From the NCBI RefSeq assembly GCF_037042905.1, contig NC_087250.1, positions 25,670,001 through 25,734,000 on the forward strand: a stretch of DNA of 64,000 nt. Reading direction: 5' to 3'. Position 1 is the stretch's first letter, and each line of letters begins with the position of its first letter. A program made the translations under genes and the position numbers. This document shows positions 50,949 to 64,000 of this stretch, piece after piece. This DNA comes from Lytechinus pictus (Eukaryota). The notes under the pieces are model-generated. The model had not been told where the DNA came from. It searched no databases and was given only the letters and a program-made list of their open reading frames with translations.

Positions 50949-52790
50949 TGTAGTGTTGTAAGTCAAGTTGAAATTGTAATTGTTGGGGGATGGAATTATG
51001 CTTGTTTGTAATTACAAAACTATTTTTTTGTTATTGCTTCACGACTGCAGTGCACTGAAACTAGATCGTTTATCATAAGGTTCTTGAGATGGCTATTCAA
51101 AACAATGATAATACAGTGCGGAGATTTGCTTGTGTTATCTAATGGTTCTCTGGACGTCATGCATTCTTTATAGCAGATGCAAGTATATAACATGTAGATT
51201 GGTATGCACTTAGGCAGCTACGTAAGGAGTGAGGCGCTTAATCAGCAATATCCTTACTATACTCTAATTGAAAAGTAGTTACGTACTATTATCAGCAGTC
51301 TAAATTAATATAGAAAATTTGTTTTTGTATACTTACATGTGTGATTACAATAAAGATCAATAGACTATGTCTGACTACTTCCTAGCGTGTAAGATTAAGT
51401 TTATACGCTGTTTAGGGAATGTTGAATATTCTATATTACTTTAGACTATTTGTTTAATGCCAAGTGTGTTTCTGTACGGAGCATGAGAAAGTGATCGATG
51501 TGCAAAGGCAGCAGAAGAGTTAAATGTACCGTATAGTATTTGTCGTTGAAGTGTGGTTAGTGTATTATCATGTTTGCAAAAAGTTAAGATTAATAAGGAG
51601 TAGATTTCGGAAGCTTAAAAAGCGTGAATTTTCAAAGTGACTCTGAATTTGGAAGATCTGAATCGTATTGATTGTGTGGTTTTAGATTATGTTAGTGGAA
51701 ATATGACATTTAGAGATGGCCGACCAATTGCGTTTATGCCACGCTTACTTTTACTCTACATTTTTTTGTAAATATGATATGAAGTGCTAGGAATGTTAAT
51801 ACTACGTTAAATCAGATGTGATAAAAGTGATCTTTTGAAATCAATTTTAATGTCTGTAAATAACCAGTGCTTAAATGTTGGAGTATAGATTTATAATGTG
51901 AATTTTGAGTAAATCTTTTAGCTGCCTGCCGGCTGTTAAGTGCCGCAATGATGGTCACAATGTGACGGGGCCTTAAGAGTTGGAGGTGTTGGATCAAGTG
52001 AGTTTAATGTTGTTTTTAAATTGAAGATTGATAAAAGAGTTTTTGTTTCAGATCATTGAAGATTCTATGAAATATAAGGTATCTTTATTGTAATAGATTG
52101 TTGAAGATGGCAGTTCATGTATTAATAGTAATGAATAAGTAATAGTAATATTCAAATATGTACTTAAATGATTTTAAATACTCTCACACTTGTATGTATA
52201 TACATTTGTAGGCCTATCTTCAGTAGGCATGTCATTTAACTTTATTTTAGGAGTTATTTCAGGTTTAAAGAGTTAGAGTAAGGGTTGCCTGTTAGATTTT
52301 TATTTCAAAACTTATTTTGTTCTTGCCTTGTAAGATGATGAGTGTTATCACAGGATAACGAGGAAGTAAGTAACTATTGAGAAACAAGTCAGAGGATTTT
52401 CATGTCACATTCGAGGTGACGATGTTCTCGAGATGTACAGTTTATTCATTATCTGATTTGATGATACAGATGAGGGTGTTAATGAATAACTTGTACTGTT
52501 ATAACTGGGGATTTTAACATCATGTTTATATTGAATTTAGAGAAAGTATTGATTTCATATTTGTTGAAACACTTAATCTTACTACAAAAAGCATATATAC
52601 AATTATCGATACAATACTAAGATGTATATTACAGAGATGACTGCCTTGTAGTACAGTGTATTTAATTACTGCATTCCTTGCAGGCTTTTTGTTTGTTTTG
52701 GTTTCGTTTTCATGACATTTTGATCTGGCTGTCAAATAAAAGATCGACTAGAACTCAATCTTTGCTCTTTCCTGTCCTATACCCACGACA
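50949..52790 (+). mobile_element. Candidate solo LTR
   Basis: TGTAGTG ... CACGACA termini, AATAAA about 50 bp before the end, and flanks TATT/TATG (imperfect TSD). An alternative start TGTCGT exists at 51541. Confidence 0.35.
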
Positions 52791-53059
52791 TATGGAAAAT
52801 GATCAAACATGAATAACGAGTTTAGCTTTATTCATTAATATAACAGTACTATTCGCGCACATAAATCTTTAAATCGCAATATGAAAAGTACATTAAAAAA
52901 TGTTTCATTATTTTTTTAGTATGATAATAAGATTTCTTGTAAAATACAAAGACAATGTGACAATGTCAAACAACTACATGTAATATAAACCAATCCGTAA
53001 GTATGACGGTAATTTCATACAATTTAAATGATCATTGTTCAGATGTCTGTAACAAGTTA

Positions 53060-53479
53060 AGCCCCATCACACTTATTTGGAATCAGCAGGAATCAAGCAG
53101 AAGCTGGAACGAAATTTTTTTTTTTTTAATTCTATAATTTTTTGAGAGGAACTTATGAATTCCCCAAACTGGAGTTGAAATTCAGTATATTGACCAGGTG
53201 ACTCATCATACACCAGTCAAAATAAACCGCACCGTAGTCAAATATATAATTCGTGCTACATTCTTGGACATTCTAGGCACATTCTAACTATTCTGAGTGC
53301 ATTCGAAATATTTTTGTCATTTCTTTTGACCGTCCCGAAGGTTTTGGTCATTTTAAAAACATTCGAGGGGTATTTTCGAACTATGTTCGAAGTAGATTTA
53401 AATGACCCACTGGTGGTCGAACAATAGTCTTTTCATTCCGGCCAATTCTGCTTGATTCGTAATAAGTGTGATGGGGGCT
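53060..53479. mobile_element. PIF/Harbinger-like MITE
   Basis: TTA|AGCCCCATCACACTTAT ... ATAAGTGTGATGGGGGCT|TTA. Confidence 0.75.
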
Positions 53480-54199
53480 TTAGAGCCTGAACTAGCAATT
53501 TCACAAAAATGTATCAATAAGTGTTTCTTCAGCTGTTCATGGTTGAAGTAGGATGTACCACATTCATAATCTTATTCAATTCATTCGTGTATTATTATTG
53601 TGTAAAAATGACTGAACGCATTAGTAATTAATCTTGAAAGCGAGAGGGCGCGTTGCAATGAACAATAACACGAATAAAAGCATACATCCCAAAGTAAAAT
53701 TATTGCATTGTGTTGGATTGTGCGCGTGGGTGTTTGTGGAGAAAAGGAGGGAAAGTGGGAGAGAGGGGAAGTGAATTATTTGCTTAATAAACTTTAGTTC
53801 GTCTAATTTAACAAACGGTACAATTTAAGACTAGCCATTCATGCATGGCATTGGATTTTGTGTTTTTGGTGTTTGTGGGGAAAACCCTTCTAAACTAGCC
53901 CTTTTAAAAACATGAACATAGTAAATGAGACACCACACAGTGTTGGTCAGTGTTGGTCGCTACCCCTTTAAAACCACAAGAATTAAAAAAACAAATCTAA
54001 ATGGCTGATAATCCAATCTTAGGAACAAATTGAGCATTTGACGACGATCTTGATTGGTTATCGGCATGTTTCGATTGAAAGCAAACCATGGTATTGATCA
54101 TGGAGCTCTGGATCGAAACAGATTTCTCAATTCATTCGACTGCTCGAAGTAACAATTCCAACAGATAAACAAATTTGAGCTTTTATTTTCTATTTTTGA

Positions 54200-54820
54200 G
54201 CAAGTGCACACCTAGTTACCAAAAATGCGTATAGCTTTCTCATTTTATTTGAATGCATGATAAAAGACCATTATCGAAGATCGAACCTCGGACTTTCCAT
54301 GTATTATCAGGCCCTTAGACTGCTCGGTTATGTCTCCTTTTATTTTTGTATTAAGTTAATTGTTTTAATTGTAATTGTAATTTTATTACTTGTTTTACAA
54401 GTGCACACCTAGTTACCAAGAATGTTTATAGCAGGTTCATTTATTTGAATACAGGATAAAAGACCATTATCGATAACCACAGGCATTGGTACCGCGGCCG
54501 AGGATCCAACCCCAGACTTTCCATGTATTGCCTTAAAAATATGACAATAATATTATTTGAATTTATTATTGTATAAAGTAATTACAATTTTTTTTATCAA
54601 TTTTTAAATCAATTAAAACAGATTTCAAAAAAAAAAAAAAAAATGACAGAATCTGCTATTATAACAAAGTACTTTTGCCTCAACCTTTACCTAATGAAAG
54701 CTGAATTTTAAAGAATCACCCAAGAATAATGAATTACTTTACAATCGTTGACAGTGCATTTAATAGTGATGTCAGGAGCCTTAGACCACTCGCCCACGGC
54801 TCCTTTTATTTTTGTATAAA
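54200..54820 (-). mobile_element. Two decayed tandem tRNA-derived SINE-like copies
   Basis: CAAGTGCACACCTAGTTACCAA is repeated at 54201 and 54398. The minus strand has A/B-box-like GGGCGAGTGGTCTAAGG and GGTTCGATC. Confidence 0.5.
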
Positions 54821-56883
54821 GTAATTCTTTTATTTTTATAATTATATAAATTATCATTATTGTAATCGATTGAAAGAGATTTCAGACAAACAAATAATAA
54901 AATGACAGAAATAAGCAAATTTAACAAACTTCTTTTGTTTTTACCATTTTTTTTTTACTTTTTTCTTTTTATTCCTACATTATAATCGATTGTAAGTGTA
55001 CTTCTTTTTATTTTATTTTTATTTTTATTTAATTATTATTATTTTTTTTTTTTTGGGGGGGGGCACTGAAACGTTTGGTTAACGTAACTGAGAATGAATA
55101 TCACTCTGTTTTGGTCATACATGGAATGGGCAAGACCAGATCAAATACACCCGCTCCTTCCGATCTAGACTATTGGGGCCCGTAACACAAAGGTTAGCAA
55201 TTACTCGCTAATATGAAAAAACAATTCTGATTGGTTCCTCGATAGTCTACTTAATAAAATACGCATGCAACGATGATCTTGATAGGTCATTTCAATCAGC
55301 AACCTTTGTGTTCCAGTCCGAAAATTCGCACAATGTGACTAGAGCCGGCTGTAAACTACAAGGCTGAAGAGTAGTTTTTAATAAATTTGAAGTAATTAAT
55401 TATACAAATGACTGTGTGAAATTCAGGAGAACACTACAATACCTTTTCTATTCTACTGAATAATATTAATGTTTTTTAAACAAGCGCACACATAACTATA
55501 AATAATGCTCTATCATTTTCATGTGTTTGAATGAAGAGTAAAATTGTTGATTATATTCCTTGCTCACGGACATAAGTGCCGTGACCAAGGACCCAACACG
55601 TGACTATAGTGGTCAGGCGCCTTTAATAGACTACTCGGCCAAAGAATTACAAGCCATTTATTAAAATTTGGTTCACTCTGAAAAAGCGTTCAGTGTAAAA
55701 ATAACATCTTGATTATTTGACTCGTGACGTACATGTAATGCAAGCAGTTTTCCCTCATATCGTATGGTGAAATAATCGGAGAAAGGCCACTTTCTCAGAA
55801 AATTTTAATGTAGGTTTTACTGTATCACGAGTATATAAATAGTTCAATTATTTCAAATCTGCTCCTAAAAAGAATACAACAATAAGTCTTCACAAACAAA
55901 GTAAAACATTGGAATTTATGCATTTTATATTAATCAAAATATGATACAGCTGCTCGGTTATGAAATCACATATCCAAAACTTGAAATTCCATTCACTTTC
56001 TTAATCTTTAATTTATTTTCGGCAAACCTACAATTTGTGTATTATCATTTCTGTTAAAGCGACCTTACATTGCCAAATCATGGGGAAATTGAATCAATAC
56101 GAAATTTGCACAAGGCCAATTGACTTGCATAATATAATCCGTCCGTCATGAGCGCCCGTCGGACTAATGCGATAAAAGTTCGGACAACACGAATTTGACC
56201 GAACTCGTGATCGTTGTTTACTTCGGGTTTTCGCAGTTCCAGTTTCCAACAATCCCAATTTCTAGACTCTTAGCAGGTCTCTTGATTGCTAAACCAAAAT
56301 AGATGACGTCTGTGAAGTTACATGTTTCAAAGTGAAAACACAGTTTTCTTCTGCTTGGTTAGTCTACTAACTATTGCTCTCCTGTATTAGACCTCCCAGG
56401 CATACCGGCGTCTATTACGTAACACCCCTAGGCATATACACCCGAGTGAAAGACTTTAAACCCCTATCCGTTCTGAGATTTGTCAATTAAGGGTCGCTTT
56501 AAGGGTGAATTTCCTCTTTGATAAACAATTTTTGTTTTTTTATAATCGATCACCATAATCGATTACAATTATTGATTAATATGTCCCCGACCATCACCTC
56601 TTTGATACGATTTCACGAGAAATGTGAAAAAGGGTTCTGCATCACGCTAGTTTCTTTTTCTTTATTTTTGTATTTGATTCGAGTGTTTCTTAATGGTAAT
56701 TTTAATGTTAATTCATAACTTATTGTGGAATATGAATGTATATTTTAAATGAGTATTAGTATATAAAGCCCCTCTCTTCATAATTGTGTAACTCGGAATT
56801 TTCGTTCAAAAAAACTCAAAATTATCTTTTGGAGAGCCTCGGTAACAATCGTCGGTTTCTGAAGGCTATATATGTGAAGGCTA

Positions 56884-57617
56884 TGTCCAATTATATCACT
56901 TAGGTTATCTAACTCTTATGCATGACTGAGCATAATTCAACTTAGTGAACTGGTGTCAAATCATCACTGTGGCAAGTTTTTTCTTGTTATTGTCATGCAT
57001 TCAAGGCCAATATGAAGTTAAATGTTTGTCACATGTTAGGCCTATGATTAAATCATCACTGTGGCAAGTTATTTCTTGCTATTGTCATGCATTCAAGGCC
57101 TATTTGAAGTTAAATTTTGGTCACATGTTAGGCCTATGATTACATAACAACTTCAGCAAAGGTTGTTCCTAACACAGGCACACTTCACATGCTTTCCAAA
57201 CATGGTACAGTTGACAATTGAGCAGAGAGTATTCCTGGTAACTCGATACCAGGAAACAAGAAGTTTCGTGGAAGTTCAAGAAGCTTTTCGGGTGCAGTTC
57301 CCCGAGAGACAGCCTCCAACAAAAGGGCCATCTGGTACAATGTGAGAAAGTATGCTGATCACGGAACCAGTTTAACTTCAAATAGGCCTTGAATGCATGA
57401 AAATAACAAGAAATAACTTGCCACAGTGATGATTTGACACCAGTTCACTAAGTTGAATCATGCTCAGTCATGCATAAGAGTTAGATAACCTAAGTGATGT
57501 AATTGGACAGAGGACTTATTGGACTATCTAACCATGAAAAAATAATGTGTAATTATTTTTTTGTTTTTCTGAAAATTTGCCGTTGAAGTTGGGTTTACTT
57601 TTTTTAGAGACACACTG
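56884..57617 (+). mobile_element. Deleted Tc1/mariner derivative with an N-terminal HTH transposase fragment (57202-57375) between inverted arms
   Basis: MVQLTIEQRVFLVTRYQETRSFVEVQEAFRVQFPERQPPTK/AIWYNVRKYADHGTS (DUF4817-like, one frameshift). Arms at 56884-57020 and 57372-57509. Right terminus GAGACACACTG|TA. Confidence 0.75.
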
Positions 57618-58556
57618 TAGACGAAATGTAGACAGACTGAGTGGTATTAGACTATCAAAAAGAAGGTAGACCTTGCGGTGAGTGGACGGCAGTAGATGAT
57701 TTCCCGTTAAAGAAGGGTAGAAGAAGTATGCACTTGTCAGTTGCACCGCAAATAAGTCGCCCGGTGAAGCGGCGTGTTTGGTTCCAGCGGCGGATATGGT
57801 GCCTGACAGATACGGTACTAGGCAAACAATCAGCGAACTCCGGCGGATTTAGTACCAATTATTCCTCGGGAGATATCTTTTTTGCTATTACTTTCACCGC
57901 GCGCGAGCGATATCTCAAACTACATCGCCCCCCCCCCCTTTCTCCGATATTGCCAGAGGCACGCATGCGCGGCCCAGGATGACGTCATACACGTTGTCAA
58001 TCTAAACCAAATCCGCCGAGGAACCAAAATCTGCAAACATCAAACAGCGTAAAACCAGGCGGATATTTCATTTTCCTTATCAAAACAAGTCATTATAAAT
58101 TGAATTATATATACTCAAGTAACCATCATTTTTATAAATGATATAATGTAATAAATATGTATATATTCTCTTAATCGAATTGTTATCTAAATAGTAATAT
58201 TAAAAAGTTAAATGAAGCGCCAGAGAACGATCATCGGTTTCCAGAGGCGAGGAAGTTTCGTCGCCATAGGCGTAATAAGTTGTAGGAGATGACAGTACTG
58301 CCAATATCAGTTAAATATTTGGTTATAGATAGACCAATAAGCACTGGCCTCTTCAGGGTACTGCCGAAGAAAAGACAGCTTAATTGTGAAAGCTGACAAT
58401 TTACGTGATCTACGGTTCCTTGTTTTGGACTTTGGAGCAAAAAAAAATTGTAAGATACATATTTTTATCATCATATTTCACATCTATGAAAAAAATAATT
58501 GCTTGAATATTAAAGGCTTACACAAGAAAAGATAAGTGTGTGACACCATTCCCTTA

Positions 58557-58720
58557 TACCTTGGTCACATTTGTTCTACGGCGGTCGTATGGCGAGTCGA
58601 AAACAGCCGTTTTAACATTTTGTTTGTACCAGCTACATATAGGTAGTTTTAGTAGAAATGAACAAAACGGCTGTTTTCGACTCGCCATACGGCCGCCGTA
58701 GAACAAATGTGACCAAGGTA
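58557..58720. mobile_element. Palindromic 164 bp MITE with TTA TSD (Tourist/Harbinger-like)
   Basis: TTA|TACCTTGGTCACATTTGTTCTACGGCGG ... CCGCCGTAGAACAAATGTGACCAAGGTA|TTA. Confidence 0.9.
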
Positions 58721-58843
58721 TTACTCATTTAAATACTGTCCACATTATTATCACTGATTCATACAGCAATGCAAGACTTCAAAATCATACAACTTGTTTG
58801 TTGATTCGATATACCAGTTTTACGTTTTTACTCACGTTATTCA

Positions 58844-58989
58844 GGGGCCTGTTGCAGAAAGAGTTGCAATCAATCTCAACTCTAAAAATCACGCGCAACT
58901 TGATTTTCAACCAATCAACAGCGTGCATTTGGGACTTGCGATTGATTTTTTGACTTGCATTTAAACGCAACTCTTTCTGCAACGGCCCC
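58844..58989. mobile_element. Short MITE (related copy at ~55175-55319)
   Basis: GGGGCCTGTTGCAGAAAGAGTTGC ... GCAACTCTTTCTGCAACGGCCCC. Confidence 0.75.
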
Positions 58990-60532
58990 CCCCCTCAATT
59001 TTTCATCTTCGTGTATATATAATCCGATATCAAGGATATAGAGCACCTGCTTTCTTAAAGAAATCCTCCGGTAAAATGTTGAATTACAGACACCTATTTC
59101 TTTTTTCTGAAGGCGTCGATTTCGAGAAATATGCATACGGATTTAGCTCCCTCCCATCCTTTCCAATAAACAATTGTTAACCTTGTGATATTCTCAGTCA
59201 TAACTCATTAAACGGTAGACCATGCAGGGTATATTTCTTTTTTTAATGCTGCTGTGCACTTTTTGGGAGGTGCAGTATAACAAGATAATATGACGTGCTA
59301 GTTGACAATAAAGAGGCATTTTTTTATTTGGCCCAGTAGACATATGGCCCTGTGAAGTGGGGGTGCTGGGAGTGTTGGTGTTATTTTCCAGAGGCAGCAT
59401 CCCCTTGTGGGTGCGATAACTTTGAAATATAACCAATATGCCAAACGTACATTTTGTATTAAAACCTTTTTTTGCATGTCAAATTTCTCGGGACCAAAAT
59501 AATCTTCATTCTGTAGTGTAACAATTTTACATCAGCAACACCTGTGTAATTGTAAAACAAATAAGAATAAATTAAAATGTTCTAAGAGCCCTGCCAATGG
59601 CGGACCTGATTTTGACCCCTTAATGGTCAAAATGACCATAGGTCACATTTTCACACCAAGCTGAAAGTTGGGATGCACTAGAGCTGCCAACCTGAGCAAG
59701 AAAATCTCAATTCGGTATTTGGAAAGCTAACAATCAGTATTTTGAATCAATATTTTTTTATCGTTCAAAGAAATGCCAAAATAAGATTACACAGCACATG
59801 AAACTGAAACTTTTATTAGAATATTACTTTTGCATGAAACCATCAGTATTCTTCCCACTTTTCTTTTCAGTACAAATTGTATACTTGACAGCTTTGTCTA
59901 ACAAACCTGATCAAGGATTCCAAAAACACAATTGTGCGTATCATGGACCTACTATGGTTTGGCAAAGTTGCAATGACACCTCATGTATACCCCCTAACCT
60001 TAGAATTCCTCATCATTGAATTTCATATCTCATAATCGATTTAATTCAATCATCATACCATTCCACAAACTAAGTTTTATTTCTGCTAGGGCAATATAGC
60101 TAGGTCTATCTAGCGTCACCTTTTATGTATCATGTATGGGGCTTTTTTCAGAGCTAAAAAAATACAAAACTATATACAGATCTAGGCCTAGTAGGTAGTA
60201 GATCTAGATCTAAAAGCTATTTGTTTTAGGCATATGAATGATGAAATAGCGGCTGTAATATTGTGACATAGAACTTACACGAAGTAGCATTAATTCTGGG
60301 GACATTGCTTTTAATCCTATAAACTTGATATAAGTCCAAATAAAGATGTTCATCATTCGACCTCAATATCGGCCCTATCGACTCAACTTGACTAAATCTA
60401 ACATAGATCTAGTTCACTATATACCTAACGTTGGAAAGGTAGGCCCCGAGGTAAACCTAAGTGTACACCACTGAACTAGAAATACGTGGTCACGTCTTAC
60501 GATAGTTAAAGTAAAGAGCAAAATATTTGAAC

Positions 60533-61327
60533 AGCTCACTTGCAAAAAGAGGTTAGGTCCATTTTTCATCAAATTTGATTTTTATGTCTTAATGTATAGA
60601 TTTTTAGTAGCTCTATAAGATGATACCAAAGAAAAGTTGAAATTCCTATTAAAAAGTGAACTAAAATGACAAAGAAAATCACTTTTTTCAAAAGGGGTTA
60701 GGTTCACACAGAATGTTTTTGGACAAGAATATCTTTAAGAAAATATGAAGACAGGTAGATTTCACTTATACTCAATTTCATGTTCTTATGGTAGGGTATC
60801 ATGATAATTCAGTTTTCCATAAGAATATTGCAATATGGGAGAATTTAAAAATTATTTTCTTGGAGTGGACCTAACCCCTTTTGCAACGAAACTCATCTGA
60901 AAAAAGCATTTATCAAAAGGGGTTTGGTCCATTTTTCATGAATTTTATTGTTTTCTGTCTCTAAACCTCTAACTTTTTAGTCACTCTGATGATACCAAAG
61001 ACAATATAAAATTCAAATGAAAACGTGAATGAAAGTGGCAAAGAAAAATCACTTTTTTTAATCAAAAGAGACTGGATTCATTTCAGTTTACTTGCCAAAG
61101 ATAATTGCAAAAGATAATTTCTTGCACAATGATGATTTTTTTTAAATATGTAGAAAAAAATTGAAGACAGGTAGATTACTTTTATACCCAATTTTATATT
61201 GACATGATAGGGTAGTACACCATGACAATTTAGTTTCTCATAAGAATATTGCAATTAGTGAAAATAAAAAACATGGTTTTTCTCGAAATGGTCCAAAGTG
61301 GACCTAACCCCTTTTGCAACTAAACTC
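60533..61327. mobile_element. Tandem pair of TIR MITEs (GAG-type ends, possibly Sola-like)
   Basis: TTGCAAAAAGAGGTTAGGTCCA ... TGGACCTAACCCCTTTTGCAACGAAACTC (to ~60895), followed by a colinear second unit at ~60915-61327. Confidence 0.65.
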
Positions 61328-61525
61328 TTCATTTCTTGAGGGGCTAGATGTGACATGCCACGTACAATTTATAAAAAATGTCATAAGCGAGCAAAAATTT
61401 TGAAATTTTGAAATTTTAAAATTTGTGATAGATTTTCACACAATGTCAAGAAAATACGATATCTTGTTTCTTCCTTCTCCCTTTCTTTTCTTTTCTTTTC
61501 CCTTTCTTTTCTATTTTTTGGTCGT

Positions 61526-61565
<40 letters not shown>

Positions 61566-62107
61566 GGGGGGGGGGGGGGTTGCGAGAGCCACCAAGCCCA
61601 GGGCACCATTTGTACATGAAGTCCGTCCAAGGCGTATTAATTTCTTTCTGATTATTCATGTCTGTATTACGCACACACATGTTTTCTAATGTAGTGATGT
61701 TTGGATCTTAATAGCAAACAAAAGTGCCCATAAAGAAACTGAGTCTGTCAAGATATATGCCTATCAAGCACATCTCTTTCTGAGTCCTCCCTCGATCCCC
61801 ACCCCTCTCTTGTCTTCGTCGCCCCCTTTTCACTATTCTCCCTGTAGGCATCAACCTCTCTATCTCCCTCGAGTTACACCCCCCCCCCACCCCTCAGTCC
61901 CCGGGGCATGCGTGACCAAACTATCTCCAAGCACCCCTAATCGAGTTTCTCTCTATGTGAAAACTAACCCTAGAGATACGTTTTTGCGGGCTTCATTTTC
62001 ACATTTTGGCCCCTAAACAAGAAAAACATACCCTAAATACGTTTTATCCCGCGTACTGACCAGATTTTCAAAACCACCTTTTTCTTAATGGGTATTGATA
62101 CCCTTAA

Positions 62108-63085
62108 AGGAAAAGTCCACCCCAAACAGGGGTTGATTTGACTTTTTTAAAATCCAACAAGCATTACGCTAAAGATTTCATCAAAATCGCATGTAAAATA
62201 AAAAAGTTAAGACATTTTAACGTTTTGCTTATTTTTTTCAAAACAGTTTTAAGCACATCCCGGTGGGTATGTAAATAAGGAGACTGATGACGTCATCCGC
62301 TCACTAATTCTTTCGTATCTTATCATATGAAATAGGGAATATTATATTTTTCTCCTCATTGTCAAGTGAAACAACGATTAATTCCTCCCTGAACAATGTA
62401 GAATGAGCATTGCTTAAAGTGATTGTTTAACATTGATTTGACTTTTTAAAAATCTGAGCTAGAAGGTCACACTTGTCCCCTGTGTCTGTGATATGTTACA
62501 AAAATGAAGCCCAGAAAAAATTGCATTCGAATATAATTATTAAGTGCTTCAAAAATTGAAATATAAAGTGACCGGAAACACCACCTTAATTTCATCCCAT
62601 ATACTTATGTGTACTATTTAGACGTCTATTAGACGCCTACTTACAAAATCGGGGTTTGCCTTGTAGTTTTAGCTTTTCATTCTCAATAATGGTTGTTTTC
62701 AGGGTTTATTAGTTCTAATACATGCACTTGTACACATGTTTCATCTTGGTTTAATAATTTTTTAAATCAGCTGCTCACAAAGTTAAACAATACCTTTAAT
62801 GATATATTAAGTCAAGTTGGTCCTTATTGTCATCTCTATAAAAATGAAATATTGTATAATTCAAAAAATAAAAAAGCAAAGGAAATCGTGATTGAGTGAG
62901 TGACATCATCGACTGTCTTATTTGAGTTGTGCATATCACTGTTTTGTGAAAAATAAGCAAAAATTTAAATGTCATAACTTTTTTATTTTACATCCGATTG
63001 TGATGAAATTTTCAGCGTTGTGCTAGTTTGAATTTTTCTATTTATTAAGATCATCATTTTTTTTTGGGGGGGGGTGAACTTGATC
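62108..63085. mobile_element. Kolobok-like MITE containing a second TTAA MITE (62418-62795), inside an older repeat (~61899-63199)
   Basis: Outer TTAA|AGGAAAAGTCCACCCC ... GGGGTGAACTTGATC|TTAA. Inner TTAA|AGTGATTGTTTAAC ... GTTAAACAATACCT|TTAA. Confidence 0.75.
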
Positions 63086-64000
63086 TTAACTAAAGAGTGC
63101 ATGCATGGCCCTCGTCCAAAACTGAAAAAAAACGCCCCCTTTAAACGCGTTTTTTTTTTGTCACGCGTGTGTACAGCTATGTATTTGACTGGCCCCTGGG
63201 CACCAGTCTCCCCCCTTCCACCCTCTCCTCTCTCTCTCTATCTCTCTCTCTCTCCATGGCAGAAAAAATATTTTTGCTGGTTTGAGGAAAATCAATCCAA
63301 GATTATCAACAGACAAATTATTTCAAAAACTCACCTGAAAGCAAAAATATATAAATAGTTATATACTAGTAATATATCTTTTCTTACTCAATATCCTATA
63401 GACATGTCTTTGGAGAATGTACATTTATTGCTCTCCTTCTTAGCTAAAATTCTGAATAGACCCATATACTTCGTTCTTGATAACGAAGAGATGAAATGAC
63501 AGAGTAGATCATAAAGTCAAACAGGCATTTTGGGCATATTCTTATTTGTAAACATTTCCCTGCATTCTTAACTTGAATAATCCCTTAAAAAAAACAGAAT
63601 TTCCAATCGCTAACTTTAAAACTAGAAATGACGCTTCTTTAATCACTGACTATTTTTAATGCTAACTGGTTCGTTTCTAAATTTAATGAAAAGAACTCAC
63701 AAACCTTTGACAAACATCGTAAATCTTATGTAAACATAAAAATATTCAATGACAATTTGCACGGTAAAACCGATTTACGCTAATTTAAATGCCAAGAACA
63801 TTGAATAAAATGAAAATTTAGCGAATTCGCCGGGAAATACTAAATTATATTTGAGTATTGTACTAGTATTTTAAAACCTATCTGAATATTACATCTTTGC
63901 ATTTTTTTTCATTTTTTTTTTTTTTGATGTGAGAATATTTGCTCCCTAGCAGCGAGCTGTTTTTAAAGCCTCCGTTAAACGCCGAGTCTCGCCCCTCCAG

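Overview
AT-rich, repeat-dense eukaryotic DNA; the gene and repeat content point to an echinoderm, probably a sea urchin (inference). One host gene is supported: a + strand DEATH-NACHT-LRR (NLR) immune receptor with six in-phase coding exons (14634-40961, about 983 codons, 3' end unresolved), preceded by a cluster of NF-kB-like sites. Its 18 kb second coding intron holds the most interesting structures. (i) A 5.3 kb element (17320-22596) has the complete DIRS-type signature (inverted terminal repeats, right extension, internal complementary region, ATT termini). These cis-elements match perfectly while its RT/RNase H coding region is badly decayed. It is nested in an unclassified TIR element, which is nested in a TTAA MITE. 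(ii) A head-to-head Neptune-type Penelope-like element has a fold-back junction and hammerhead-like motifs, and sits in a hAT-type element. The rest of the window is a decayed near-full-length L2/CR1-group LINE, tRNA-derived SINEs, a Helentron-type element, many MITEs, a candidate solo LTR and low-complexity tracts. All calls were made by eye; no database searches were run.
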